Shown in pieces: positions 48,201 to 57,820 of a DNA stretch of 64,000 bases. The stretch comes from Ophelia neglecta. Lineage: Eukaryota. The stretch spans positions 21,390,001 to 21,454,000 of the forward strand of contig OZ260662.1 in the NCBI GenBank assembly GCA_965285935.1, read 5' to 3'. Under the pieces are notes generated by a model. It saw nothing but the letters and a program-made list of their open reading frames with translations. It did no database searches and had not been told where the DNA came from. Positions within the stretch are counted from its first letter, which is position 1, and every line of letters begins with the position of its first letter. A program made the position numbers and the translations under genes.

Positions 48201-48705
48201 TGGCGTTAAAGTCCCCAGTCACAATATATACATATCTATCTGGTTGTACACTTTCGAACTCTGCAATATGGGACTCCAACAAAGCAAAAACATTCGGTGA
48301 GTCTGGAGCTCTAGTCGAGTCCTGAGGGACATTATAAACCAGAGCGATCAAAATGTCTTTATCACCAACAAAATATACTTTAGACAGTTTTAACCATAAT
48401 ATACAATCTTTTACTTTTTTTAGAATTGTTATTCCCTTCGCCAGATGCGACCGAAAATAAACGGCAATACCACCTGAAAGCCTTTTTGCTCTAGGGTTAA
48501 GTTCTTCTCTATGCGCATAAACTGCGTCATATCCGGGAATATCCAGGTTTTGCAAATCATTGCCCCATGTTTCGGTAAACAACAAGATGTCAGATTGATC
48601 CACAATCTCCAAGAACTGGGGATCTAAAATCTTGGAGTAAGTTTTCGTTGCAAGACCTCTGATATTCCAGACCAGGAAGGACAGATCAGTTACCGATTGT
48701 GGCAC
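45268..48705 (-). CDS. LINE ORF2: APE, RT and C-terminal CCHC-like motif (intact, no initiating AUG)
   Basis: 1145 codons; VWNIRGL, TETW, GDFNART, IDY, SDHSP; NYRGITLL, DFRKAFD, GVRQGESLSPFLF, YADD; CSVC...DEYHFVLEC. Confidence 0.94.
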   Translation of the reverse strand: MPQSVTDLSFLVWNIRGLATKTYSKILDPQFLEIVDQSDILLFTETWGNDLQNLDIPGYDAVYAHREELNPRAKRLSGGIAVYFRSHLAKGITILKKVKDCILWLKLSKVYFVGDKDILIALVYNVPQDSTRAPDSPNVFALLESHIAEFESVQPDRYVYIVTGDFNARTGVLNDFVRFDNNSSDHILLPEEYADDSTLPRTSMDVTVNNYGHRLLDLCCATGLRIANGRLGNDKDCGKYTYIGGVGASVIDYVLCKQSDFALFSSFSVGDPNVMSDHSPLKFELKKLGNKPESKPAVMSTKLVWNSECVGQFRASLNSALGSLNHIVNSNDSIDIQVTKYTDKLLDVALPLLGKQIRPYVVRTTPVIDTPAWMCNKCKILRDEFHEKLDLYRQNSIEDIRANLRLARSKYSQHADICKKKHSVGQTKSLLDARKNNARLYWKMLKGSASRVYPNIEMAEFYNFFKTISNPPNIEDFEIADEYNSFVQNYVRDESMFSELDTEISVSEILSAIRQLKAGKAAGPDLLINEIFIYAEDLVPSLQGLFNNILSAGDFPSSWTDGIILPIHKKGSLHQAENYRGITLLSVLAKLFTRILNNRLTSWAEEYGVYIEGQAGFRAGYGTIDNLFVLHGLISNYLNSKKQLYCCFIDFRKAFDYVNRNGLWYKLIKLGISGKLFNVIKSMYSCVKSAVRSLTGEISESFECLLGVRQGESLSPFLFSIYINDLDHELSNSQQPTGISIDYIKLYILLYADDAVILADTPEGLQSGLKTLETYCETWKLKLSTEKTKVVVFRKGGRLPGNLGFKYKTAKLEVVSNFSYLGLVLSAGGSWTAAQETLAKQATKAVFCLKKYTYRYNMSPTDMCSLFDKLVLPVLNYSSELWGFHRGVNVERVHLKFCKSILNLKDSTKNEMVYGELNRFPLQINRYLNIIKLWLKLIQVGGNKLMKKVYLMLYSRIQQDNWASKVKSLLFKYGFGEAWLNQGVADVKQFIVLFKQRLFDCYKQDWHGNINDSSKCIFYRFVHPDFGVLPSYMDCDVSIKNKKTLCRFRCRNHYLYVERGSWQRPPVEFSDRKCSVCDKLDDEYHFVLECCLFFELRARYIPRYYVVRPNVYKLMELLRSANSKTLNNLAIYIRKASDIHKSYNY

Positions 48706-50082
48706 CTACACTGCCCGCGGCTGTCCGGTGTCGGGAGGAAGGCCTTGATCTCCCACTGGCGGGTTGACTGTTCCCGTACCGCCATCAGCCGAAGGACCCG
48801 CCTCCTGTGTTCCATGCAGAAGATCATTCTGCTGTGTCCGTATGCCAGTGGAGACAGGGACTGTTTGTCCTTCACTCGTACTCCTCATTACTGATGATGA
48901 TGTGGCATTTGGCCTGGGCGCAGCAAACTGTTGATTGCCCGCTAGGTTGACAGACGCAGTTACAGGACGGTCGGCCGGAATCATTCCCGGAGCACGATGA
49001 GCAATCAGCGGAGGTGGCATAACAGGTCCAGTTGTGGGTCTTGCCGCCCTGCTATAACTGGTTTGGGAGGGTAGTTGCGGACGCTGAGTCCCATAGCATG
49101 GTCTCGTTTGTTGGATTGATGCGTCGTATGGACCATAATAATTTACAGACCTGTAGGTATTTTGCGGAAATCCTATTGTTTGCTGATGTAATGGCTGCTG
49201 CGGAGGAGAAAATGCTGCCACACCTGCAGCACCGGCAGGACCACGGTGCCAACTTGTCTCGGGAAGCTCCCTTATTGGGGTTGATGTAGCCATGAAATTT
49301 GCCTGGCCAGTGTTTCTGAATCCAGGAAAGCAGTCAATCACAACCACTGAATCCACCACGAGTGCAGCTGGAAACCTTATTACAGCATGATTTCCTCTTC
49401 TTCTTGCCTCGTGCATCTTGGGAAGGAGAGACTTTCTAGCATCCCTAATTACTTTCGGCAGGTCTTTTGAAATCTCCTTTTCCTTATGCCTTGTGCGGGC
49501 AGCGTCTAGAATATTGTTGACAGCCCATTCATCACGAAAACACGCAATGATCGGGCGCGCCCTTCCCCTCGATGCCCCTAGACGGTGAGAACGCTGGATA
49601 ACAATGCTTTCTACCTGGGCATCAGAAAGGCCCAAATCTACGGAGAAATACGATGCCAGCACATCCCTGGTGTTTTCTCGGTGTCCTTCCTCCCTTGTGT
49701 TATGGAAGATTAGATTAAGCCTTCGTGAGCGTGCTTCCAGGTCAAGCAGTTTGTATTCCATAACACTGATTGCTCGATGTATGTGGTCATTCATTTGTTG
49801 CTGTTGTACAGACCATTGTTCAAGGAGTGTCACGCGCCTATTGTATTCATGAAGGGTGGCTTGCGTACCTTTCACAATGGCCAATACCTCCTTTACATTT
49901 TGGTCAGTGCTGTGCTCAGGATTCATTTCTATTACCGTGTCGTTAAAATTAAGCCTTTTCCTAACCTGGAATGAAGTTTCACTGGTATTAGAAGTGTCCT
50001 GTCTTTGTCTTTTCTTTGTCTCTCTGTTGGTATCCGTAATATTTTCAATAATATTCTCAGTGAAATGAAAGGCAGCTTCCAT
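48706..50082 (-). CDS. LINE ORF1 (coiled coil, L1-like RRM/CTD, Pro/Gln-rich tail)
   Basis: ATG at 50082; LLDLEARSRRLNLIFHN, IQRSHRLG, RPIIACF, ISKDLPKVIRDARKSLLP are L1-ORF1-like motifs. Confidence 0.88.
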   Translation of the reverse strand: MEAAFHFTENIIENITDTNRETKKRQRQDTSNTSETSFQVRKRLNFNDTVIEMNPEHSTDQNVKEVLAIVKGTQATLHEYNRRVTLLEQWSVQQQQMNDHIHRAISVMEYKLLDLEARSRRLNLIFHNTREEGHRENTRDVLASYFSVDLGLSDAQVESIVIQRSHRLGASRGRARPIIACFRDEWAVNNILDAARTRHKEKEISKDLPKVIRDARKSLLPKMHEARRRGNHAVIRFPAALVVDSVVVIDCFPGFRNTGQANFMATSTPIRELPETSWHRGPAGAAGVAAFSPPQQPLHQQTIGFPQNTYRSVNYYGPYDASIQQTRPCYGTQRPQLPSQTSYSRAARPTTGPVMPPPLIAHRAPGMIPADRPVTASVNLAGNQQFAAPRPNATSSSVMRSTSEGQTVPVSTGIRTQQNDLLHGTQEAGPSADGGTGTVNPPVGDQGLPPDTGQPRAV

Positions 50083-50479
50083 CACCGAGCATGCGCACAC
50101 CGAGCGTAACTGATATCCATATTACACACTCAGGCTTATGAGGTCAGCAGGTTTAAACAAGCATTTATCATGTTCGCAGAAAAATAAATTGATAATTTGC
50201 CTATGTATATAAACAGGCGTTGTGGACCTTTGGAATCATATTAAGGACTAGATCAGGCATATGGAATGTTAATATTCTGATGGGTGACTTCTTCTTGAAC
50301 CGTACTTAGTTAGGCCTTAGTTGGCCTTTTTTTTAACATCTGTAGTATACAGCTGCAATTGCTTTGCGAAATATTGCGTTCAGTCTATGGCTAGGACACA
50401 TGTGATCATGTCTCACTCATAAACGAATGTTGCAGATGCCCGTGTTCAGTCACAATAAAAATGAGATTGGTTCTTTACT

Positions 50480-51700
50480 TTAAGTGGAAACAATATTCCG
50501 CCATGCCAGCGCGCCCACCACAAGCCATACCTCGCACCCTCAGTTCCTGCACCACAGAACGCCACCAGGTTTTTGGAGGACGGCCCCTGCGTCTTTTCCC
50601 TTGTGTTCCAGAGAAGCGTGATTTCCAACGCACAGCATCACGGTACATCCATAACATTCCCCAGTGACAAGAATCGTATTATACCCATGTCTGTCACAGT
50701 ATAATTGCTGTTCTGTATTATCAATTTTGATGAAACCTGCCAAATTTATCTAAATCAGCCATTATGGAAGCATGAACGTGACTGTATTTCTCTTTTAGAT
50801 ACTCTGCCGAACTACCTGCTGGATTGAAGTACCATACCTTATTTTAGCTGCAAAAAAAGTCTAATTCTGACTGTTGACCTCTTGTCAATGCAATTTATAT
50901 CAATTTTAGCATGTTTATATGCGTTACAGCTTTATTTACAGTTTGAAAGCTGGGAATTAATGCATGGATGTGGGCTTGTTCTGGTTCCTGATGATTTCGG
51001 GTCAATATAATGAACTATTCGTGATTTATCATTTATCTGTTTCCGCCGGATATTCACTCCAACTGTCTAGATGTTTTTCGTGGAATTTTCTGGACATACT
51101 AGCACAGCCAGGTAGGTGAAGTTTTGTACATACCCCAAGGAAATATTTACGGTGTGTTAGTGGGTTGTTTGCTCTAGGTTCTTGGGTCTTTTATATTATT
51201 ATAAAATCCAATCCATCTATATTTACTTACATCGAACACAGCTTCAGCCTAGTCGGTAATTCCTTGGTTTTTTATCCATTGCTTCTACGGTCATTATGGA
51301 AATATTTAGCAGCGCGCGACAGAAGACTCTGCCGGGAGGGACAGAAGCGCTTTGCTTCTCCAGTTATCAACGCTTCCCCGGTCACCCTTGTTTGGGAGTT
51401 GGATTATCAACACCTTTTACGCCAGTCTTCTGGGAGTTTTGTACCAATCCAAATACTGTTGCACAAATCTGTTAATGCCACTGCTGAGGCTATTTTAGTA
51501 TCCACTGCCGTATGAGTAGCACTGCATGGTGTCCATTCCAGGTGCTTTCATGGAGTTGATGGCCTTGGTAATCTCTCCTTTACTAAATCGATCTGTGTTG
51601 ATGGGTAATGCCTGACTGCCTGGTGTTTCATCAAAGGGGATTGATGGTTCTAGCCTGTTTAGAATAAATCTGCGTCCACTTCACGGATAATTCCAGATAA
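50480..51700 (-). mobile_element. Old RTE-clade LINE fossil (RT region to C-terminus)
   Basis: EITKAINSMKAPGMD, LPEDWRK..IIQLPNKGD..DNWRSKALLSLP, FTYL and C-terminal QGKRRRGRPPKTWWRSVVQEL; many disablements. Confidence 0.75.
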
Positions 51701-51740
51701 TGGCTTTTGGATTGTCTGCCGTCATGCACGTTTGTTTATA

Positions 51741-51886
51741 TAGTGAAATCTGCCTTAACGACCACCGCTTTAATCAGACTGCCTGTCAATTCTCTAATAC
51801 TTGATAACCTGTCCAAACAGACCACTTCCAAAATCAGACCAGTATTTTCCAGTCCCTTTTGTGGTCTGAATTCACAGGTTTCACTG
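51741..51886. mobile_element. Tc1/mariner (pogo-like) MITE, 146 bp
   Basis: TA|TAGTGAAATCTG...CAGGTTTCACTG|TA; internal GACCAC repeats. Confidence 0.8.
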
Positions 51887-52494
51887 TATATCAAGTATAA
51901 AATGGCAGTAGTTAAAAGGCAGATAAAACAAGATCATTAATGAAGAAAAGTCAATTAAAATCCGAATTCCTCAGGAACTATCTGCGGCGGACCATTAAAT
52001 ACCAATGCTCAGCTCCCTGGCAATAAATAAGCGTAACGCGATTTATAGGTAATTATACATGTAAGTAATAAATTGAAAATGGTATCACAGGGATTGAGAA
52101 TTGCTAAACAATTTTGCATGAAACGGGTCAGGGCAGAAAGTAAACTGGCCACGACTAGGCTGAAGCTCTGTCTTAAGCAACCCAATAAAATGGCACAGAT
52201 TTAATAAGAATATGTGGAGGTGAGCCCAAATAGAAACTAGGTTCCTTACTCTCCGGGTCAGCAGCGTAAAGGCCGCAGGAGCGAAAATAGCTACGACGAT
52301 ATCACCCTTTCTTTTGAGAATTTTTAATGCCGAGTATAAAACAAGGCATATTATTTGTATTTTAATAATAAAAAGCGCCAGCAGTAATGTTATGCTTGTA
52401 TGTTGGCCTTTGATATTTGGATGGTGTGAAGCCCTCAAATTGCGTGCATCAGCGCATGCGCCAGGGGTCTCGACCTAGCATGACCCCAAGACAA

Positions 52495-52668
52495 CGCCAG
52501 TTTATAAGGAGAGACACAACAAAGATATGTCAAAACACAGGCTAGTGTATTGTTACAGAAACAGGAAGTACAACAAAACTGACTACTATTAAACACGGAC
52601 GATCCCGGGAACTGCGGTACACACTACCAGTCACCAATATACCACTAGGTATACATACTATACTGGGG
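52495..52668 (-). repeat. 3' LTR
   Basis: Identical by eye to 57647-57820; termini CCCCAGT...ACTGGCG on the minus strand. Confidence 0.95.
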
Positions 52669-52687
52669 CTATCATTTTTTACCTTTT
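52669..52687 (-). other. Polypurine tract
   Basis: AAAAGGTAAAAAATGATAG immediately before the 3' LTR on the minus strand. Confidence 0.65.
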
Positions 52688-52736
52688 ATGAAAAATATAG
52701 CTTATAACGTGAATTTAGAATAAAATTGTTAGACTG

Positions 52737-55700
52737 TTAGACAAAGTCATTGAATCTTGTAGGTTTGCGGCGGATCCGAGAGGAACGTCGAGGGGCCTCC
52801 ACGGCTGGTATTGCATCCTGTGCTTGGGCAGATGGTTCAGGCACCAGGGGATCAAGATCTGGCCGGTTGGTCTCCACGGGGGGCGTCAAAGCTTGAGGAA
52901 TGTCAGGTGGTTCAGGAAAGGTTGGTCGGGGGGCCTGGGTGGGCAACGGGGTCCCGTCATCAATGTCGGAAACATCAGAATCAAACTCTCCTCGCGGGTT
53001 ATGGGTGGGAACTAGGCGAGGGCCCTCCACCAGGATGCAATCAGACCTGCGAACCTGGTACACACGGGCGCGCAACTGGCGACCTGAGAATTTGCGTATA
53101 TAGACCCAGCCATCCTCCACCTTGGTGACAAGATATCGTGGTCTTGCTGTGGTTTTAGAAAGATCAGATGTGATGTAAACAATGTCACCAACACTGACGT
53201 TAGGTACAGGACCTGCATGGTGATCACCAAATTTGGATTTTATACTGAACGGGTGGTTTTTAGTGCGATTTTCATGTTGCTGGTGACCCATGTGTTCATC
53301 ATCCACTGGGATAACATCACCAGTGTGCTGATCGCGCATGGTGACAAACTCACGGGCAGACACTCCTCTGTCGCGATAACGTGAGTTGAGGGTTGACACT
53401 GCGATGGTTAGGTTGTCCATGGATACAGGTTGGGCCATTGGATCCTGTCTAAGGAGCTCTTGTTGAAGTTCCGAAATGGCCTTCTCCGCCACTGGGTTTT
53501 TATTGGGGTTCTTTTCTCTCCCAATGACAAGCCTTATGCGGCACTTCTTCAGATGGTCATTCTCAATCAGGCTCTGGAACCCTGGCGCAGGGTCCACCCT
53601 AACAGTGCTTATCGGACCGCTTAGGGGCACGAGGGGCACGCAGAGATGAATAAGGCCATCCCTCAGGGATGTTGCCTGCTCGTCTGGTAGTAAGCAGGCA
53701 GAAGTATAACTGGAGAGGTTCTCACGCACTACAAGTATCATTTGGCGTGAGCGTCGCATGACATCAGCACTGAAGGCAGTGCCGAATCCAGCAGGGGCAT
53801 CAGATGTAGTGAATTCAGGTAAAGGCTGGGGACATTTCTTAAGGGAAGTACATTGGTGACAACCGAGGCTGGCATTTTTAATGGCCGCTGCGCTGTTGAG
53901 GGCGTAGAAGTATCGGTTGAAGTGGAGGCATAGTTGGTGCTCAGTGGGATGCTTTAACTCCAGATGAATGGATGACAGGATCCCAGGGAGAACACTCCCA
54001 GGTACGACGATGCGCTCACGAACTGGCTGAAGGGGTTCATGGGTACGAACGACCACTAAACCATCATTTGACAGGGTGGCACGCTGCAGCAGACGTTTCA
54101 CATCACCTGCATTCGTGACTTTCTTAGAAGGTCGCGTGCCTTGTTTGAGGTGGGCTCGGGTTCTGCGAAGGGTATGACATTCTGATTGGATATCACGCCA
54201 GGCAGCCCTGGAGGTGTACAGGCATGGGGTGCTTGGGGTATGGCAGATGACAGGCAGGTCCTGCATCTCATTGACAAATCGGCACACCTGACAGTCGCTT
54301 GAGTTGCATTCTATAGGTTGACGACTCAAAAAGTCACTTGGTAAGTTGTGTTTGCCACTGAGGTGTAACAGTGTGACTCCATACCTTGATAGGGTACTGA
54401 GAAAGGTGGTGATTCGGGGGCTCAAGGAAAACTGACCGCGACAGAGTTTGGCGTATGACTGGACGCATGCCTTACTGTCAGTGAGGGCATACGGTTCCTT
54501 CTTGGTCTGTACGAAGCAGGGAGCAAAGTGCTTCAGCGTAGAAGCAATACCCAAGGCCTCCACCTCGCACGGTAGCCAACGAGTTTGGTGGGGACGCAAC
54601 TTGGCGCTGAAGAAGCCAGCGACCAACAGCTTGTTGTTTCTTTCAACAAACAGGGTTCCGCCCACACCAGCGGGGCGGAGGGCTGCATCGCTAACCATCC
54701 AAAGCTGGTCATCGGGACGTGGAAGGACAACTGACTTGGCCTTAAGCAGGGCCTTCTGCGTACTGTGGAAGACTGCGGCAGCCTCTTCAGTCCAGTCGAT
54801 AGGGGTGATGCTTGAAGAGGAAGCGGTCATGTCCTCCAATGGTGCCAAGTGGGAAGCGGCACCCGGAATGACGCGAGACAAGGCCTTAAATGATCCGATA
54901 TAGGAGCGGAGGGCCTTGACATTTTTGGGCAATTCGCATGTGGTAAGGGTATTAAGTGAGTGCCTGCATGCTGATATGGTACCTCCTTCCCACTTCCATC
55001 CTAGGATGACGGTGGACCCAGGGCAAATATGGGTCTTTGTTGGGGAGAGTCGAAGGTTACACTCATGGAGGGTGTGCAGTACAGAACGCCATCTGGACAG
55101 TAATTCAGGGATGGTGTCAGCGCCACACATCAGGTCGTCTGCAATCTTAACGACGTGACCTGCTGCAATCAATGTGCCAAAAACGCGGGACATTAGTTCT
55201 TCAAGCGCCGTCTCAGAACCAGGCATTCCCATGGCTGAGCGGCGGTACACACGTATACCTTTAAAAGGTGAGACAATACCACAGTATTTGAGAGAGTCGT
55301 GGCTTAAAGGTATCTGGTAGAATGCACTTGTGAGGTCGCTTGTTATCAGGTATTTCCAAGAAGCAATGGAGCGAAGTGTAGAGTTAACGTCTGCCATGAG
55401 AGAGGGTTGAGGTTTAGCGTAACGACCAACCTCAGCGAAGGCAGTCACAAGACGGTACCCGCCCTGGGGTTTCCGGACCAAAAAGGATGGATTCAGGTAC
55501 TCCACAACAACTCCTGCGGCTTCCGGGGTGGAGATAATGCCCATGGATTCCAGCTGGTCCAGCTTTTGTTGTAATACATCAAGTCGCTCTCGAGAATACT
55601 GTGGTAGGCGGCCCTTTCGTTGTGGAGGTTGGACCGGCCCCATGTTTACGCGAGCCTCGAATGGGCCAGCAGCTCCATTATAACCAGACAGGAAGGGATC

Positions 55701-57563
55701 GAATACATTGTCGTACTCCTTGTGTAGGTCTCGAAATTGCCTAATCTCTAGTGAGGACAAGACGGTATTGTCGTTGAGGGGTATGCAGCTAGAGAAGAGG
55801 GACTTAGCAGCACAGCTTGAACGAGGCACAGAGGATGGTGCGGGAATGTCAGTCCTCGGTAGTGCTACACTGTCGCAGTCGATCAGGGTTGTCACACTGC
55901 AAATATGGTGCCCTCTTGGTACATATATGGGCTGCGATGACTTGTTGGGCAAGCAGATAGCTCCAGCACGTAGTTCATACTCACCTGGACATGGCCAGGG
56001 CTTGGTACCCATTTGGTTACGGGAGAGGCTATCGGTGCGTGGTTCCACGAGACATGCGTTGGTCTCTGTGTTGATGGAGACTGGGAGATGTAAAATCTCG
56101 CCGGGCCACACAACTGTGGAATTATCAGGTCCCCTGACCACAGAAGTCATGGAGTGGAACACACGGGCCAGACCGGACTTATCACTATTGTACCTAAAGG
56201 TGGAACCGTCTTTAAATACTATTTTCTGCTGGTGGAACACCACAGTTACCTGATTGCTCTCCAAGAAAGGCTCACCCGCCAGGATGGGCACAGCGAGGGA
56301 CTTGCACACAAGTGCCTCAAAGTAGAGGCACAAACTCTTGTGCATGAAACTGAACACAGTTTCACCTATGACTTGCAGGTTTGAACAACCGTCAGCCTGA
56401 CTAGGGCGTTGGGACGTGTTTGATCTAATGTTCAGTCCTAGGCGACGAGCCTCATCTTCTCTTATGCAGTTGCTCTCGGCACCGCAATCCAGCAGTACGT
56501 GAACTGCCATACCCTTATAAAAACCATCTATGTATGGTGACCGCCTGATGGCTACTCGGGAAATTTCGGGGGAGGTGGCTTCATGAGCAGGTATAGAAGA
56601 GGTGCACACGTATGGGTCCTCCTGAGCTCCATCATTGTCGGAGGATTCAAGGTCGTCTTCCACCTCAATCTGGTGAGTGCGTGTAACATAGCGTCGGTCA
56701 TGTTCTGGAAGATGAGAGCACTCGCTCAGGAAATGGTCAGTTCGGCTTCTGCCAGCCTGCTGACACAACGGGCATACTTTTTGACGGTTAGGTCTGGGAG
56801 GGGCTTTGCGGGCCTGGCGGCGATTTTTCTGGGGCTGGGAGACATACATGGATCGCATGGCCTCAGTTGACTGCAGTTCTTCCATTAGTGCCGGTAATGC
56901 CTGCGAAATTTCTGGCTTGATAGACGCAAGTGTGCGTGACCTAAGTTCAGTGCCAAAACGGGTGCCAATCAATGAAGGGAGGTCCTTATGAAGTAATGAC
57001 AACCAGGTGAGAACAACAAAGTTCTCAAGGGAAGGTGATATTTCCTCGTCTTCTATGGGGGCAATACCATGATGAGTGACCCCACCCCCCATGGTGAGCA
57101 GATTGTCCTCAACCATAGAGTTGATCCGTTGGTACAGGTCTTCCGGCTTTTCATCAACACCCTGTTTTATCTCAGCCAACTTGAGAAAATATGCCCCAGT
57201 GTTTTGTAGACCATAGTGCAGTCGAAGGGCAGCCCAAATATCTTTCAAAGAACGGGCTTTCTTAGTGATTGAAGACCGTGAAATTATTGGGCAGTAATTA
57301 GCAATTTGACCCAACATTAACTCAAGACTGGCGCACTTCTGCTCTGCAGTGCGTCGGTTGGGGTGGTCTTCTGGGTCACTTAAAATGCCCCTTGTTTGGC
57401 GAGTGCGACTCTTAGGTTCCCATCGGAAATCATCTTTGAGAAAAGGGGTGAAATTTGTATCGAGACTAAGTACGTATATCAAATTTTGGCGCCAATTCTC
57501 GAAGGATTGGCTTGTTTCGTCTTTTTGGAGGGACCACTGTTTCGGTGCTTTACTCACCGCCAT
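52737..57563 (-). CDS. Gag-Pol polyprotein (gag with CCHC, aspartic protease, RT, RNase H, DDE integrase)
   Basis: Uninterrupted ORF, first ATG at 57563; CPLC..HFLSEC, LLDCGAE, DLTSAFYQ, MGMPGS, IADD, SDAA..CEVEAL..TDSK..SDFLSR, H..H..CHQC, ADV..VDP..AEK. Confidence 0.95.
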   Translation of the reverse strand: MAVSKAPKQWSLQKDETSQSFENWRQNLIYVLSLDTNFTPFLKDDFRWEPKSRTRQTRGILSDPEDHPNRRTAEQKCASLELMLGQIANYCPIISRSSITKKARSLKDIWAALRLHYGLQNTGAYFLKLAEIKQGVDEKPEDLYQRINSMVEDNLLTMGGGVTHHGIAPIEDEEISPSLENFVVLTWLSLLHKDLPSLIGTRFGTELRSRTLASIKPEISQALPALMEELQSTEAMRSMYVSQPQKNRRQARKAPPRPNRQKVCPLCQQAGRSRTDHFLSECSHLPEHDRRYVTRTHQIEVEDDLESSDNDGAQEDPYVCTSSIPAHEATSPEISRVAIRRSPYIDGFYKGMAVHVLLDCGAESNCIREDEARRLGLNIRSNTSQRPSQADGCSNLQVIGETVFSFMHKSLCLYFEALVCKSLAVPILAGEPFLESNQVTVVFHQQKIVFKDGSTFRYNSDKSGLARVFHSMTSVVRGPDNSTVVWPGEILHLPVSINTETNACLVEPRTDSLSRNQMGTKPWPCPGEYELRAGAICLPNKSSQPIYVPRGHHICSVTTLIDCDSVALPRTDIPAPSSVPRSSCAAKSLFSSCIPLNDNTVLSSLEIRQFRDLHKEYDNVFDPFLSGYNGAAGPFEARVNMGPVQPPQRKGRLPQYSRERLDVLQQKLDQLESMGIISTPEAAGVVVEYLNPSFLVRKPQGGYRLVTAFAEVGRYAKPQPSLMADVNSTLRSIASWKYLITSDLTSAFYQIPLSHDSLKYCGIVSPFKGIRVYRRSAMGMPGSETALEELMSRVFGTLIAAGHVVKIADDLMCGADTIPELLSRWRSVLHTLHECNLRLSPTKTHICPGSTVILGWKWEGGTISACRHSLNTLTTCELPKNVKALRSYIGSFKALSRVIPGAASHLAPLEDMTASSSSITPIDWTEEAAAVFHSTQKALLKAKSVVLPRPDDQLWMVSDAALRPAGVGGTLFVERNNKLLVAGFFSAKLRPHQTRWLPCEVEALGIASTLKHFAPCFVQTKKEPYALTDSKACVQSYAKLCRGQFSLSPRITTFLSTLSRYGVTLLHLSGKHNLPSDFLSRQPIECNSSDCQVCRFVNEMQDLPVICHTPSTPCLYTSRAAWRDIQSECHTLRRTRAHLKQGTRPSKKVTNAGDVKRLLQRATLSNDGLVVVRTHEPLQPVRERIVVPGSVLPGILSSIHLELKHPTEHQLCLHFNRYFYALNSAAAIKNASLGCHQCTSLKKCPQPLPEFTTSDAPAGFGTAFSADVMRRSRQMILVVRENLSSYTSACLLPDEQATSLRDGLIHLCVPLVPLSGPISTVRVDPAPGFQSLIENDHLKKCRIRLVIGREKNPNKNPVAEKAISELQQELLRQDPMAQPVSMDNLTIAVSTLNSRYRDRGVSAREFVTMRDQHTGDVIPVDDEHMGHQQHENRTKNHPFSIKSKFGDHHAGPVPNVSVGDIVYITSDLSKTTARPRYLVTKVEDGWVYIRKFSGRQLRARVYQVRRSDCILVEGPRLVPTHNPRGEFDSDVSDIDDGTPLPTQAPRPTFPEPPDIPQALTPPVETNRPDLDPLVPEPSAQAQDAIPAVEAPRRSSRIRRKPTRFNDFV

Positions 57564-57635
57564 GCTTTTCCTGAAGGTTAACTGGGGGCTCAAACGGTGC
57601 TATGGGTGCTCCGGTGCGGGTTCGATTTCATGGAA

Positions 57636-57646
57636 CGCTGCCACCA
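57636..57646 (-). other. Primer binding site, tRNA-Leu
   Basis: TGGTGGCAGCG directly after the 5' LTR, complementary to the ...CGCUGCCACCA 3' end of tRNA-Leu(AAG/TAG). Confidence 0.85.
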
Positions 57647-57820
57647 CGCCAGTTTATAAGGAGAGACACAACAAAGATATGTCAAAACACAGGCTAGTGT
57701 ATTGTTACAGAAACAGGAAGTACAACAAAACTGACTACTATTAAACACGGACGATCCCGGGAACTGCGGTACACACTACCAGTCACCAATATACCACTAG
57801 GTATACATACTATACTGGGG
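57647..57820 (-). repeat. 5' LTR
   Basis: Identical by eye to 52495-52668. Confidence 0.95.

Larger units (their letters stand above)
45147..50100 (-). mobile_element. Apparently full-length RTEX-like non-LTR retrotransposon with intact ORF1 and ORF2
   Basis: Two intact ORFs; AATAAA at 45153-45158 (minus); candidate 8-bp TSD CGA(A/G)CGTA at 45139-45146 and 50101-50108 (1 mismatch), so ends are tentative. Confidence 0.9.
52495..57820 (-). mobile_element. Intact gypsy-like LTR retrotransposon, Troyka-type (3-bp TSD)
   Basis: Identical 174-bp LTRs, CAA on both flanks (52492-52494, 57821-57823), PBS and PPT present, single gag-pol ORF in PR-RT-RH-IN order. Confidence 0.95.

Noticed and set aside
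45130-50162. Alternative TSD TTT(C/A)AACAAGC for the RTEX-like LINE
   Set aside because: AT-rich match further from the AATAAA and ORF1 start; the closer CGA(A/G)CGTA pair is preferred, though neither is certain.
52811-57744. Many plus-strand ORFs across the LTR element
   Set aside because: Antisense shadows of the long gag-pol frame, without motifs.
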